Source: Tubiluchus corallicola
Lineage: Eukaryota; Animalia; Priapulida
Assembly: GCA_030141605.1 (NCBI GenBank)
Contig: JAQGDQ010000080.1
Location: 248,001 to 312,000, forward strand
DNA length: 64,000 nt
Direction of reading: 5' to 3'
This document shows, piece by piece, positions 52,980 through 64,000 of this stretch. Both the position numbers and the translations under genes were made by a program. How positions within the stretch are numbered: the stretch's first letter is position 1; every line of letters begins with the position of its first letter. The notes beneath the pieces were generated by a model that saw nothing but the letters and a program-made list of their open reading frames with translations, did not search any database and was not told the origin of the DNA.

Positions 52980-53600
52980 GGTTCCATCCAGCTAAACTTG
53001 TAATATTTTTAGCCGTTTATCGGTTTTTAATCAAGCATCCGTTTATTTTTAGCAACGTCTGCCTACTTAAGGATGGTTTTTCAAAGGCTGAGGTTACTGC
53101 AGAAAAAGTTTTAACATCACCAGTAATGCCGCTCGCTTTCCCACGTTTCATTGTATTGATGCACATTTGCAATTCATTTTCATTGAATGGTCTATTAAAA
53201 TACCCTTCATTGCTTTGGCAAAAACTATTGAAATTATAAGTTGTAATAAAGTTTTCCACATTCGCCTTAAACCTGTTGTCATAAGTACGGCATTGTTCAA
53301 CAGTTACGGGATTTGCTAGAATTTTCAACTGGTTTAAGAGGACATGCCGTGGTACTTTAGCTACTGGGTTTACCTTATACCGTGCATTTTTTAGTGACAC
53401 CCAAAATTTTTGAGTATTATCAAGGCAATATTGTTTCAACTGATTTCTTAATTTGGCTTGGTGCTGATGTGTTTTCTTTTAAAATATAATGTTTTTCTTC
53501 TTTTTGACTTGAAAATAAAAATTACTTATCACATTATTATTTCTATTATTTCTAATTGAAAGAGGGCAACTTAGTATTGTTTCTTTATATTCTTCCGCTC
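52980..53600 (-). mobile_element. Degenerate LINE fragment (endonuclease-RT linker)
   Basis: KFWVSLK...FNRPFNENELQMCINTMKRGKASG in ORF 53017..53439. Confidence 0.65.
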
Positions 53601-53725
53601 ATTATCCGTCCAGGTTACTTTTTAGGACCCAGAGACGTACGTCTTTTTGGCTCCTTGTAGCTCATACCAGCTTCACCTGATGCTGATATAAGTAACTTAT
53701 TTAGACATAACTCCGCCCCTTCAAC

Positions 53726-53865
53726 ATTATATTATTATTACTAATATTAATACTATCATTATTATTATTATTATTACTGCTATTATTATTATTATTATTA
53801 TTATTGCTATTAATTACTATTATTATTATTATTATTACTATTATTATTATTATTATTATTGCTAT
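53726..53865. repeat. Degenerate (TAT)n microsatellite
   Basis: Directly visible. Confidence 0.93.
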
Positions 53866-54994
53866 TAACAAAGTTGCAGTGAACGAAGGGGTGTTGTTTT
53901 TGATGTTGACATTATACTGATCAGACAAAGCCTCAATTTTTGACATTTCGTTGATAAATGTATCTGGTTTAAACAATTTTTATACTGTTCGGTTAAAGTG
54001 TTATCCCTTATTATTCTTTTACAAAAAGGTATAATGTCACTTCAGGGTTAACGTCACTTGCGTTAAGTTGCTCGAATCTCGTTGTAACTGTCAGTAAACA
54101 TGGTGGGATAATTCCTGAGGTGGAGCCACCGTCATTCCTACTACATCATGAAACAAATTCATGGTTAGAACTAAAATTTGGCCGTGAAACAAAATCAGTG
54201 CTTTTTCACATAATATTATCCCGATACGTTTTTTCTATTATTGTTATTTCATAAAATTATTAGCTTTGATGGCTGGTGCAAAATGATTATCGCATTTTGC
54301 ACATTGCTTTCGTTTTGGATATCTGCAAAGTTGTAATAGATAAATAGACAAACTTGCCGACCGTTTTACACATTATTGGTTGCCGCGACACGGCTTTCCA
54401 GTTCTTGCAGTTTCTTTAGGAAATAATTAACCTAATAACGGCACTCCCATATAATTGTTTGACAAATGAAAAAGACAAATTCAAATCATTTGCAAACGTC
54501 TTTCCAGATATTGGTGTAATATAAAAATCAGTGTAATGGTAGTTTTCATTCACACATAAGCAACAGATTCAAATTTAGGCCAGATCTTTCCACTTTAATC
54601 TTTTCTAATTTGAGTTTGGTTTCAAAATTCAACATTTGTGATTAATTTTGGAATTTTGCATTGTTATAAATGTTATAAATAAATATTAAGCAATTAAATC
54701 TGGCAAAAACAAAATCACATTTTCTGTGACTAGTAAACTAGGAACTGGAGATACTGAGCAGAATATTATTATAATATAACTAATTAATTAATTGAAATAA
54801 GACTGTAAATAATTCGTAATGACGTTAATTTATCACATTAATTCATTATTGCAATGATTAAACTCAAGTAAAGCATACGACTAATTCAGTATATACTAAG
54901 TAATTCGTACGGTAGCTGCTTATACATATGCTGTTACTGTACAAAAACAACGTAGAAGATTATTAATAATGATGACGCAGGTCTTCCATAACGT

Positions 54995-55189
54995 TTAGAA
55001 TCTCCATCTATGGTCTAGCTTTTCTCGGTGTTTTGTTTCTTCTTGCACAGGATATGAGGCATCGCCAGATATGTGCACATTTGGGTTAGCGTGAGCTATA
55101 ACGCAACATGCTAGCCGATGACCGGCATTACCTGTAGTTTTGCTCTCATCCATGCCACCACGACCAAAATCATCTGGATTCGCATGAAT
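54995..55189 (-). CDS. SOD3: SOD coding exon 7 ([64 protein letters not shown])
   Basis: SOD signature GNAGxRxAC; acceptor tttattag; TAA stop at 54995-54997. Confidence 0.95.
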   Translation of the reverse strand: MHANPDDFGRGGMDESKTTGNAGHRLACCVIAHANPNVHISGDASYPVQEETKHREKLDHRWRF

Positions 55190-55299
55190 CTAATAAATAG
55201 TGTAAGAATGTTATTTGATATTATTTAGCTTAGCCAAATTGGTATAACAATGTTTATATAATGTATTGTCTGTTGACTTTACATCCATCCATCCATCCA

Positions 55300-55361
<62 letters not shown>

Positions 55362-58300
55362 TCTGTGTGCCAGGAAATCAAACTGTCAAACTAGACTACT
55401 GGTGACAAGGGTATACGCCCCGCATATGAACATTTAAGTAATGCTGTAGTCGCCTTTTTACTTTTTACATTGGCCTATTACGTAAAACCAGTTTGTTCAG
55501 TCAATGTCTAGCCATTTTGTTCGTAAGCACGATATTTTTCAACACGATGTCACATTTCTTAGTACCTTTAATCGATCAAATGAGAATCGTTTTATGGTTA
55601 CTCGCAATTTGCGTTTCTTCGAAACTACTAAACTCGTGAATTCATGTAACATAAGCTAACTAAGAATATACGGGAAAAATACGGAAACTTCCATTTACCA
55701 CAAGAGCCCTTCCTATGATACTATCCTTGCCATACAATGTTGCTTTACGATCTGTAAAAGTTGTTCTGACATGCCCGTTTTCATCAGGGTACAGCATCTC
55801 AAGATCGCCAGCGTGTCTGTAATATATAAAACAGAGCTGAAAATGAGTCTTTTTTTCATTATGGAAGTCACCCTGACCCAGATATCATATAGAATAACCG
55901 ATGACCTGTAGTTGGTCAGTGCAACCATCCTAATTTTTACCAAATCTTAATTTTTACGACTTGCACGAATTGGCCGAAACGTTTTTTTACATTTAATCAT
56001 CTGACATTAACTTCACCGCTATTGATCCGATGATTTGCAAGTACCTTTGTCTTACTTTATTTATAATAGTTCGTGAAGCCGTGGTCAGTAATTTACCGAA
56101 TAAAAGAGGTTAAAATGCTATCATATACTCTGCAAAAACTCTTAAAACCTTGAAAGCATGCGTTGAACTACATAAATAATTAATCAAATTTTCTACGCCG
56201 CGCGGCTTTCAAATCATCAGGAAAGATGTGCTCTTTAAGGCTCTAGAGTTCAATTACTTCGTTTGAAAAAGTTCTGTAAAATAACTAAACCGGAATGCGA
56301 AGCATTGAGTTATTCGCTTGCCGCGCAATTGCACGCACGCACGTACGTTACGTAAAATGTACAAGTTTTAGTGATATGTTATGTTTCAGACGATGCCTAT
56401 ACGTTGTTTCCTTTAAGTCATTTAAAACATTTTCTGCAATAGGGCTCTATTGAGGCGTCACAATATTAAAAGACCACACCACATCACGCTACCATACCGT
56501 GCCACAAAACAGCATTTTGCAACTAACAAACCCTAATAAATCCGTTCACGATGACCAATAATGCACAAACATTCTACTAGCCTTTGCTTAATGCTCCCGA
56601 AATGATAGTAATGGATAACTGTTAACAGATACGATGTTTACTGTTGTCACAGATTTAAATTTTCTTGAAAATTTAGTACGCTTTGTTTGCCTCACAATGA
56701 GCAAATTGCAGAGTTTGGTAATACATGATGAGAACAAAAACAAGACCAGTGTCAAGGTGAAGAGGACGGCATTATAGAGTTACTTCACTAGCAACTAACC
56801 CAAAAACCAAACACAACCAAGTTGTCATGATTTTTATTCTTTTTGCGTTTTACCTGACTTCGTCCGTTGGAGCCCCGTGATTTAACGAGTCTGGATTCCA
56901 ATGTCCGCCTGCTGATTCGCAACCCAGACTTAGATCCCCATACTGATGAACATGAAAGCCATGTCTTCTGCCATGTCCCCAATCAAAACCTTCCAGATTA
57001 ATGTGTACTGTTAAATTTTCTCTTTCCTTAAAAGCAAAAATCGTTCTGCTATCGTGAACTACATACGTTCTTTTTCATACAACCCAATATAAAACAAAAC
57101 AGTGTAACACAAACCTGAGTAATACGATTGAGGTAGACAAATTAATTAAACTAATTTATGTTATAAAATATGAACTAAATTCTGTTATTAGAAAAATACT
57201 TAAAATAAATACGCTTAATAAATATTATTATGTAATGATATGTAACTTCATTATGCGAGAGTTTTGCCTAGCAACAGGCTACGTCATCCGTTTGTTAAGT
57301 CAGTTAGATCAATGACAGCAATGCCAGTTAGGTTACCACAGCAGCAGACTGGGAAAGAAGTGCCCATTGGTCGCCATAGTAACACACCAGTAAGGAAGCT
57401 CTCCTGGTTACCATAGCAGCAATTACCATATCAGTATCACCGAGCTGGGAATGAATTTCTATACTGATTACTGTAGCAACGAGGTTATCGCTGTGACATT
57501 AATGATACGATGTCACCACCAGCTGGTTGCTATGGCAATCAGACTAGGTATTTAAAGAGGTGCAAAGCAAGTGTTAAGGACTTGTTTCTGCTGGATGTTA
57601 CCACTTGCTATACTCTCTGTGTCATTCGTGTTCATAATATACTATGCTTGTTCCTACACTTGTTATGCGAATAAATTGTTATTTACACTATACGATTACA
57701 CTACTGCTATTGGACATTACGACACATACATACAAGGCAAAAAATTATATTATTATTTCATATTTTTACTCCTGTCAGGGACTTGATCCGTTTTGAGGAA
57801 AAGTGGTGACCATTTTAATTATCATGAATTATTGTGTCATTTAGTGTCCGCTTTATATTAACAATATCATAAGCTTTCATGAGTTTGGCAGATTTTGCAT
57901 TCGTATATACGTTGTACAGTCACTTATCAAAATTTCCTTTTGCATATTGCCTAGGCAATTCACCAATTAAAATAACTGAGTAAAATATCCACTATTATGA
58001 TGCCTTTACATTAGGATTTGATGTGATAAAGGTATGGTTCTTACACGCTGCACAAAATGAACATTGCCACGGATTTCTCGGTATTCACCTTCTACCATTA
58101 AAGTGTTTGGCTTAACTGCACAGTGAGCATGCAGGTAACCTGATGAATCCCGTGAATAGCTATCATCTGGTACACAATCTGGAGCAAAAAGCACAGCTAC
58201 AAAATCACTAATTAATTAATTACCAATTAATCTACTTTACAACACTTACCGGTATGATTAGTTGTTTCTTGTGCAGTCGCGCATAAAAATAATGAGCGTA

Positions 58301-61300
58301 TGATTACTGACTTTGTTAAGGATGTATGTTACACGGCGTGAGGTGAAAATGGCGCAGGAAGAAATGGCGTGGTAAAAATGGCACAGGAAAAATGGCATAA
58401 CTGGAAAGGCAGGTAAAAATGGCACAAATAGAAAATTAGGTAAAAATGGCACATGTGTTACTATGATGCAATTGATTTCTATAATAAAACTAGATCTAGA
58501 ATGCACTCATTAGTAGGAAGCAGATCTCTGCCAAAGCCGAAGAATCCTAAGTTATTCGTCTGAATTTTTGCTAAAAAAAATTTAACACAAGTATAAACAA
58601 GCACAAGTACAAAATGCACCTGTACAGACTAGCAAAAGACTCACAAAATATTTGTTCATTAAAATAGATTTATAATAAACAATGCACGAATGTTCCATAT
58701 AGTGCTGATCTACCTTCTTAACCATTAATTTTGGCAATGGTCATAAGTGACGACATATATGCGTACCAAACCACATTATAGTACTATACACATTAATAAA
58801 CAAATGATATAGACAGCGTTGCACAGCCTTACAAGCGAAATTTCTGCTGTAATTCCTACTTGTAAGTAAAGGCCAAGCGAAGCTATTGCAAATTTAATTT
58901 GAACGTTCTCTTAAGAAGAGACTTTTTCCGGGAAAAATTTAAGGGATTATTTTAAAAAATAATTTAACTATTAACTATTCCAAATTCTGTGCATTTGAGG
59001 ACCTAAAATAAGACAGGATGATTTTTCATATACGACTCTAAAAGAAACTCAAAAGCGTTTCTATTGGTGACAGCAAAATATTCCACGAGCGTACTGAACG
59101 TGTTTGCGAAAACGAAAATTGAAGCACAGTGATACTGTAAGATATCCAGTCTGTTGTACTAAAACTAAGCAAGTTTTGATAAGAATTCAAATTTCAAATT
59201 TACCGCTATGCACAAAACGAGCACGTCCGAACTGAGAATTCTCGAAACATGTGTGTTTGGAATGGACTGGGGCGCTAGTGCCCATCTAATTAGCGATTGG
59301 CGAAATGCACGTAACAACGAAGAACTAGTGGAGCGAACTCGAAATTGCGTTTGTGTGGTAATAATTCTTCCACGTAATTCATTTTTGAAAAAATAGTTTG
59401 CTTCCTTTTAATACGGTAGATAGTTTTGACATCCAGTTTAAGATTGTGTCCGGTTTTGTTTAATCTCTGAAGTGCAGGTGAGGTTAAAAATCTGTAGACT
59501 GTTACATTGATTATAACACGAGACTAAATACGACAAGAATAAATTCTCCCTTGGCAGCATAATTATTGTATTAATTTACATTGTAAAGGAACAATAAAGG
59601 AACGGTAATACTCGCCTTGTGTACCTGAACCGACTAATTGATGAACAATTTTAAGATCAAGGGGCTGAAAGGGATATCGCCCTATTGCAAGCTTTCATGT
59701 GACATGGAGAATGGAACGAATGGGGGAATCTGCAGTTTTTAAAACTTACCACTTAGATGATGTTTCTTTTTCTTTGTCGTGTGGTTTTTCCTTTTTTTTC
59801 TGTCGTCGATGTCGCCGTTGTCACTGTCATTTAAATGAATGTTGACCACTGGGCTGATATCACTGTTTTCGTGGTCAACGGTTGCTGTGCACGTGTCTAG
59901 AAAACAAAATTTTAGAACGGATTGGTCAATGCACTTAGAACGGGACTGATGCTAACAAAATCATAGTCGCATATACGCCTGTATTGGGCGGGTTCAATGT
60001 GCATAAATATAAATGTTAATTTCAGTAATTTCAATAATTTGTTTGTATTGTTAGTAACAAATATTACACGAAACACGTCAATGAAATAATCTACTCACCT
60101 GAATCAAAATGAACGTGTACATTTACCTCTTTTCTGCAGTTTGATTCTAGTTCTGCAACTTTTTCCAATAAATAATCCAATTTTTCCTCTGTAAAGTGCA
60201 AGTGGCTGTATCATTATTTGTATTAACAGGGCTGTGTACACGAAATGTCCGTACTAAATCAGTTACAGTAAAGAGTGCCTGCATAAAGTTATAAACAGCT
60301 TTTGCAGCGGTTCAGTCTGTGTCCAACCACACAATACTAAATTGGTTTCACTACTAGATTGTCTCCGAGACTGATCTGAACTTACTAGATTTTACTTTAG
60401 GCCAAAGCTCGCAGTTACGCTCAGCAATTACAGTCGCGAAATCGAGACCAGCGGGTACCATAACGCCTGGGCATAGTCGTGAGACGGCGTGAGTGGTTCA
60501 ATGTCAAAAAGGCCAAGTCAATTGCATTGCAAAACTATTATAAGGAGTTCAGCAAGGAGGATTATATATAGTGCGAGAAGGGGAATTCGTTTTAATGGAT
60601 TAGCTGGTAGAGTGAGACAGTCAATAGTTTGTACTCGTTTACTCTCCTACAGATATTTAAAACATGGCAAATTAGACAGTCTTGAAACAATAAAGTTTTC
60701 ATTTCATTAAATGAAATGATGACTGTTTTGTAGATAATAACAGTAAAAACAAAAATTGCTTTACATCCCTTAAATAATTTCCAGTTAGCCTGCACAATCT
60801 TGCCTTTTTTTTATTTGTTTCTCTGTTTTTCATGAGTTATCACTTATGAAAACAATGAGTCTTAATTGTCTTCGAGAGTCTGACCAGAGTGTTTTAACAC
60901 GCAACCCCTTCGTACATTCGCAAGGACTTGAGATTATGCGAGGTCTAATTCCACCTAATTATCCCATTAACTTTATCAAAATTTATCAGCTATACCTAGT
61001 TAGCTTGCGTCGAGCTAGATTGATTGTGGTAGCTGGTTATTAAGCAATTATTTATAGCTACATTTAGAAGTATCTAGGATAATTAATCAGATCTTGTAAC
61101 TCAACTGAAAGTGGCACGTAGATTTAATATAATTACTCATTATTATTGATGGATTTGGTGAATTTCTGTAACTATCACTATGTGGCAATGCCAATTATTC
61201 TGTATTAATGCATCAGGCACCGACAGCCTTTGTGAAAATAAAGATGCCAGGAAATGACAGGTGATATTGTCTGGAGAATGCTGCGAAATCCGGCAATAAA

Positions 61301-61751
61301 CCCATCGTTTATTACACCTTTCGCCTACATTTGTGGGAATTTTTCATCAGTTTAACTTGTGCAATATTCATCAGTTAACTTTCACATTGAAGAAACTTAA
61401 TTACATAATTCAAAATTAATGTACAGTATTATGAAAATAAATGAGTTTTACATATAGGCCTAGACATATTAAAAAGCCAGGGACAATAATTAATGTAATT
61501 TTTGATGCTATTGAAATAACAAACGGCAGATGGTACAATGGAAGAAGAGAATTGAAATCTGTCGAATGCTACTATATAGTGGGAACGCTATATACACTCT
61601 ATTGCGATTTAATAATAAAATTTTGAATATGTAACTGAAGATGTAATAGAAACTTACCATTAGCGCATTCTGAATTTCCGGGCAGCTCTAATAAATCCTG
61701 GCCAAAAACCAGTCTTACTAGCAATATAGTATAAATAATCAAGCGCAGCAT
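54995..61751 (-). CDS. SOD3: Extracellular Cu/Zn superoxide dismutase (SOD3-like), spliced CDS span: join(61658-61751, 60099-60188, 59750-59896, 58045-58178, 56854-57026, 55699-55816, 54995-55189), 951 nt, 316 aa
   Basis: All introns are GT-AG with compatible phases (1,1,1,0,2,0) and the joined frame is open. Translation gives signal peptide [17 protein letters not shown], then [63 protein letters not shown] and [12 protein letters not shown]. Symbol denotes the extracellular Cu/Zn SOD class; orthology to vertebrate SOD3 is untested. Confidence 0.93.
55281..55339. repeat. (CATC)n-(CT)n microsatellite in the last SOD intron
   Basis: Directly visible. Confidence 0.95.
55699..55816 (-). CDS. 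SOD3: SOD coding exon 6 ([39 protein letters not shown])
   Basis: Zn ligands in HxGD and the SIIGR motif; acceptor attacag, donor GTG|gtaaat; 118 nt. Confidence 0.95.
56854..57026 (-). CDS. SOD3: SOD coding exon 5 ([58 protein letters not shown])
   Basis: Cu/Zn SOD signature GFHVH and GCxSAGxHxNP; acceptor tttttgcttttaag, donor AG|gtaaaa. Confidence 0.95.
57231..57724 (+). mobile_element. Possible solo LTR in a SOD intron
   Basis: TGT...ACA ends, repeated GTTACCATAGCA-like motifs, TATTTAAA near 57549 and AATAAA near 57670 in LTR order; TSD not found. Confidence 0.35.
58045..58178 (-). CDS. SOD3: SOD coding exon 4 ([45 protein letters not shown])
   Basis: Acceptor tttttgctccag, donor |gtaaga; first two beta strands of the SOD fold; lies within ORF 58006..58194. 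Confidence 0.9.
58342..58840 (+). repeat. Dispersed repeat family X, copy 2 (in a SOD intron)
   Basis: Same tandem AAAAATGGCAC motifs and body as 10573-11060. Confidence 0.85.
59007..59459 (+). mobile_element. MITE family Y, shorter copy in a SOD intron
   Basis: Same ends (CAGGATGATTTTTCATATAC ... AAGATTGTGTCCGGTTTTG then TTAA) and the same core, with internal deletions. Confidence 0.82.
59750..59896 (-). CDS. SOD3: SOD coding exon 3 ([49 protein letters not shown])
   Basis: Acceptor ttttgttttctag, donor G|gtaagt, 147 nt symmetric phase 1-1, open frame. Confidence 0.8.
60099..60188 (-). CDS. SOD3: SOD coding exon 2 ([30 protein letters not shown])
   Basis: Acceptor ctttacag, donor CAG|gtgagt, 90 nt symmetric phase 1-1, open frame. 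Confidence 0.8.
61658..61751 (-). CDS. SOD3: SOD coding exon 1 (signal peptide; [31 protein letters not shown])
   Basis: ATG at 61751, 16 nt inside an exon with acceptor ttgtatctag; donor G|gtaagt; hydrophobic core and V-F-G cleavage pattern. Confidence 0.8.
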
Positions 61752-62205
61752 TACAATACTGTCAGTCTAGATACAACCAAAGAAAGACAGAGATCACTTG
61801 TGTGACCTTCTTTTTCTAAATCTAATGTTTGTTGCACAAATACAATAAATCATAGTTGATAAATCGCATTTATATCTCCTGGGAGACCATAAAAACTGTC
61901 AACTTAACCTTACTAACAATTAACAACCAAAGTCGCCAACTCAAAGCTGATGGACCTTAATTATGTCCCGTCAAACTTAAACAATATTTTAATTTGTGCA
62001 AATAATAATTGTTAATTTTAACTTTATTGCAAAAAAACTTTTATAAATGCACATTCTTCAGATAGTAACTTTGTCAACAATTAAGTCAAACACAAAAATT
62101 GATAACCCCTTACGAAAAAATTCTGCAACAATACAGTTTTATTTACACTGTATTTTAACTTTAAATAAGCTTGATCCAGTACATAATTATCACGCTTATA
62201 CTTAC

Positions 62206-62290
62206 CTACTGTTTAAAGGCTGACTGGTATGTTATCGTTGCAGAAGGCTGTCTTTTATTCGAACTTCTTTCACGAGCGTTAGAATGGCTG
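62206..62290 (-). other. Candidate non-coding first exon of the SOD gene (5' boundary approximate)
   Basis: Consensus donor AG|gtaagt at 62206/62205. It would pair with the acceptor just upstream of the ATG exon (61767). A TTTAAAA TATA-like element lies near 62303-62309. Confidence 0.4.
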
Positions 62291-64000
62291 CAGATCGAGG
62301 TCTTTTAAATTTGTAATGGACATTAATTGTCACGAAATTACAATGTTTTCTTTTAGACGATCACAGCGATTTTTCTTTGGACCGAATCTCAGACAATTCG
62401 CGAATAATACTGTTTTTGCTAACCTATTTCTAAACATGGGAATAATACAAAACGTCATATCGAATTTTCATCGATACACAAAACACTGTTTTCGTACGTG
62501 TTTGTCTGCATCTGTGTTTTCGCTAAATCAGCAAGTTGTTTTAACACAAGAAAGTTCTTAATAAATGAAAAAATTCTTACAAATAGAGTTACATTCTTAT
62601 AGGTTTCCAGTTCCTACAATTTCACAGTTTTTAAGCAAACATTTAAACATGTGCTAGAAGGAAATGTAAGAAGCATTTTTGTCTTTTGAATTACACCTGC
62701 TCTGCTTTAGTTAGACACTTGATGAGATAGATTGTTTAATGCGATCAGTTCTTTCTTGTCTATGCAGAGTTATATCAACTCGATAAACATATAAAAAATT
62801 TGATGTGAATCATGTGATAACATGTAAATTATTTCTTGATCATGTATTAAATTGAGTTGTTAAAATTGCTGTAAATAAATGAGAGCTGATAAAATTCTCA
62901 CGCAAAAGACGCGAATCGTAAATTAATGACAAGTTCCTGATTAAACTGCTATGGCATCACATGCATGTGATAAATAGTGCAATAAAATTTTCAAATAAAA
63001 ACGCCTAGCGATTCTACGTCAAGGCAGATAGCAATAATAAAAGAAGAGAGAGGCACTCAACTGTTAGACCACAGCACACATATACAAAAATAAATTTAAT
63101 CGCGCAACGATTTACATGAACCGAGAACAGTTAAATCTCTGGACGAATTACTTTCAATTTATATTCAACTTCAATTAAGGGGCGTAACAATTTCTTAATG
63201 TGATTTGAACGTGTAGGCAGCCGCACATTACCGTAAACCATCAGCCAATTTTACAGCGGGCTTTCAAACAGGACCCTAATGTCAAAAATATTATTGAGGG
63301 CCTAAAGTTACAATTATTCAAATTTTGATACCAAATTTGAAAGACAGGAAATGTGAAATACAGCCTAGATTAGAATTAGGAGCCTCCTTATGAAGCGTCA
63401 CTTTATAGGCCAATCAGCCATTATTCTAAAATTTGGCTAATTTACAAATTAATCATAAAATAATGTATTATTGTAATGCAACAGTCATATAAAATTTACT
63501 GTAAGAATTATTGGATTCAATGAATTCCAGGTAGCAATTGATGCTATATTTATAAAAAATTGTTTTGTATTATTATAATGTAGAAAAGGTTTAATTAACA
63601 AACTCTTAATGTGAATTTAATTTTAATTACAGATTTGTCAGTTAAGAATGGTTTAGAATGATTGAACCAAAGCGTTCTGTTTTAAATACACCTAAAAAAT
63701 TAATCAGTGGCGTCACCTATTCAGGGATGTACCTCGGGCAGAAAAATTGTGGAGATTAGATTCAGAGAACACGTCGATCCTCTTGAGAACCGAAATGAGA
63801 ATCCCACAGGAATGAATCAGTAGACGATCAAATATTTTTAATTTTTTGCGGTGAATAACGACTCCAAACAATATTAATTTCATGCTATTTTATATGGTAT
63901 ACTACAAAATGAAGAAAAAACACAGCTAACAATATTATCAGATACATCTGAATATATAAGAAAATTCCTAAGTGCAGGCATCAGTTGAATTTCCTCCTGA

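Noticed and set aside
56788-56982. ORF-track proteins 56788..56982 and 55713..55943
   Set aside because: Wrong-frame readings over real SOD exons
60975-61073. Possible extra SOD exon (cctag ... AG|gtatag)
   Set aside because: In-frame TAA in the required phase

Overview
AT-rich eukaryotic (metazoan, probably invertebrate) genomic DNA with three spliced minus-strand genes that can be rebuilt by hand. (1) A complete 7-coding-exon extracellular Cu/Zn superoxide dismutase (54995-61751, 316 aa). The ORF track largely misses it. It has a signal peptide, all metal ligands, and an unusual N-terminal extension with an amphipathic helix, two VNxH motifs and a polybasic RKKRK...KKKK tract. (2) A complete 5-exon class A GPCR of the NRY/melatonin-receptor-like type (26504-46158, 365 aa). 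(3) A tandem paralogue of that GPCR with identical internal exon sizes (505-7365), whose last exon lies outside the window. The rest is a dense, often nested set of decayed transposons. These include a near full-length CR1/L2-type LINE with a PHD finger, several LINE fragments, an R4/Dong-like RLE retroelement joined to a compound trinucleotide microsatellite, a deleted PIF/Harbinger element, hAT and Harbinger MITEs, a three-copy TTAA-flanked MITE and many microsatellites. No rRNA, tRNA or CRISPR array is supported. All calls come from reading by eye; no searches were run.
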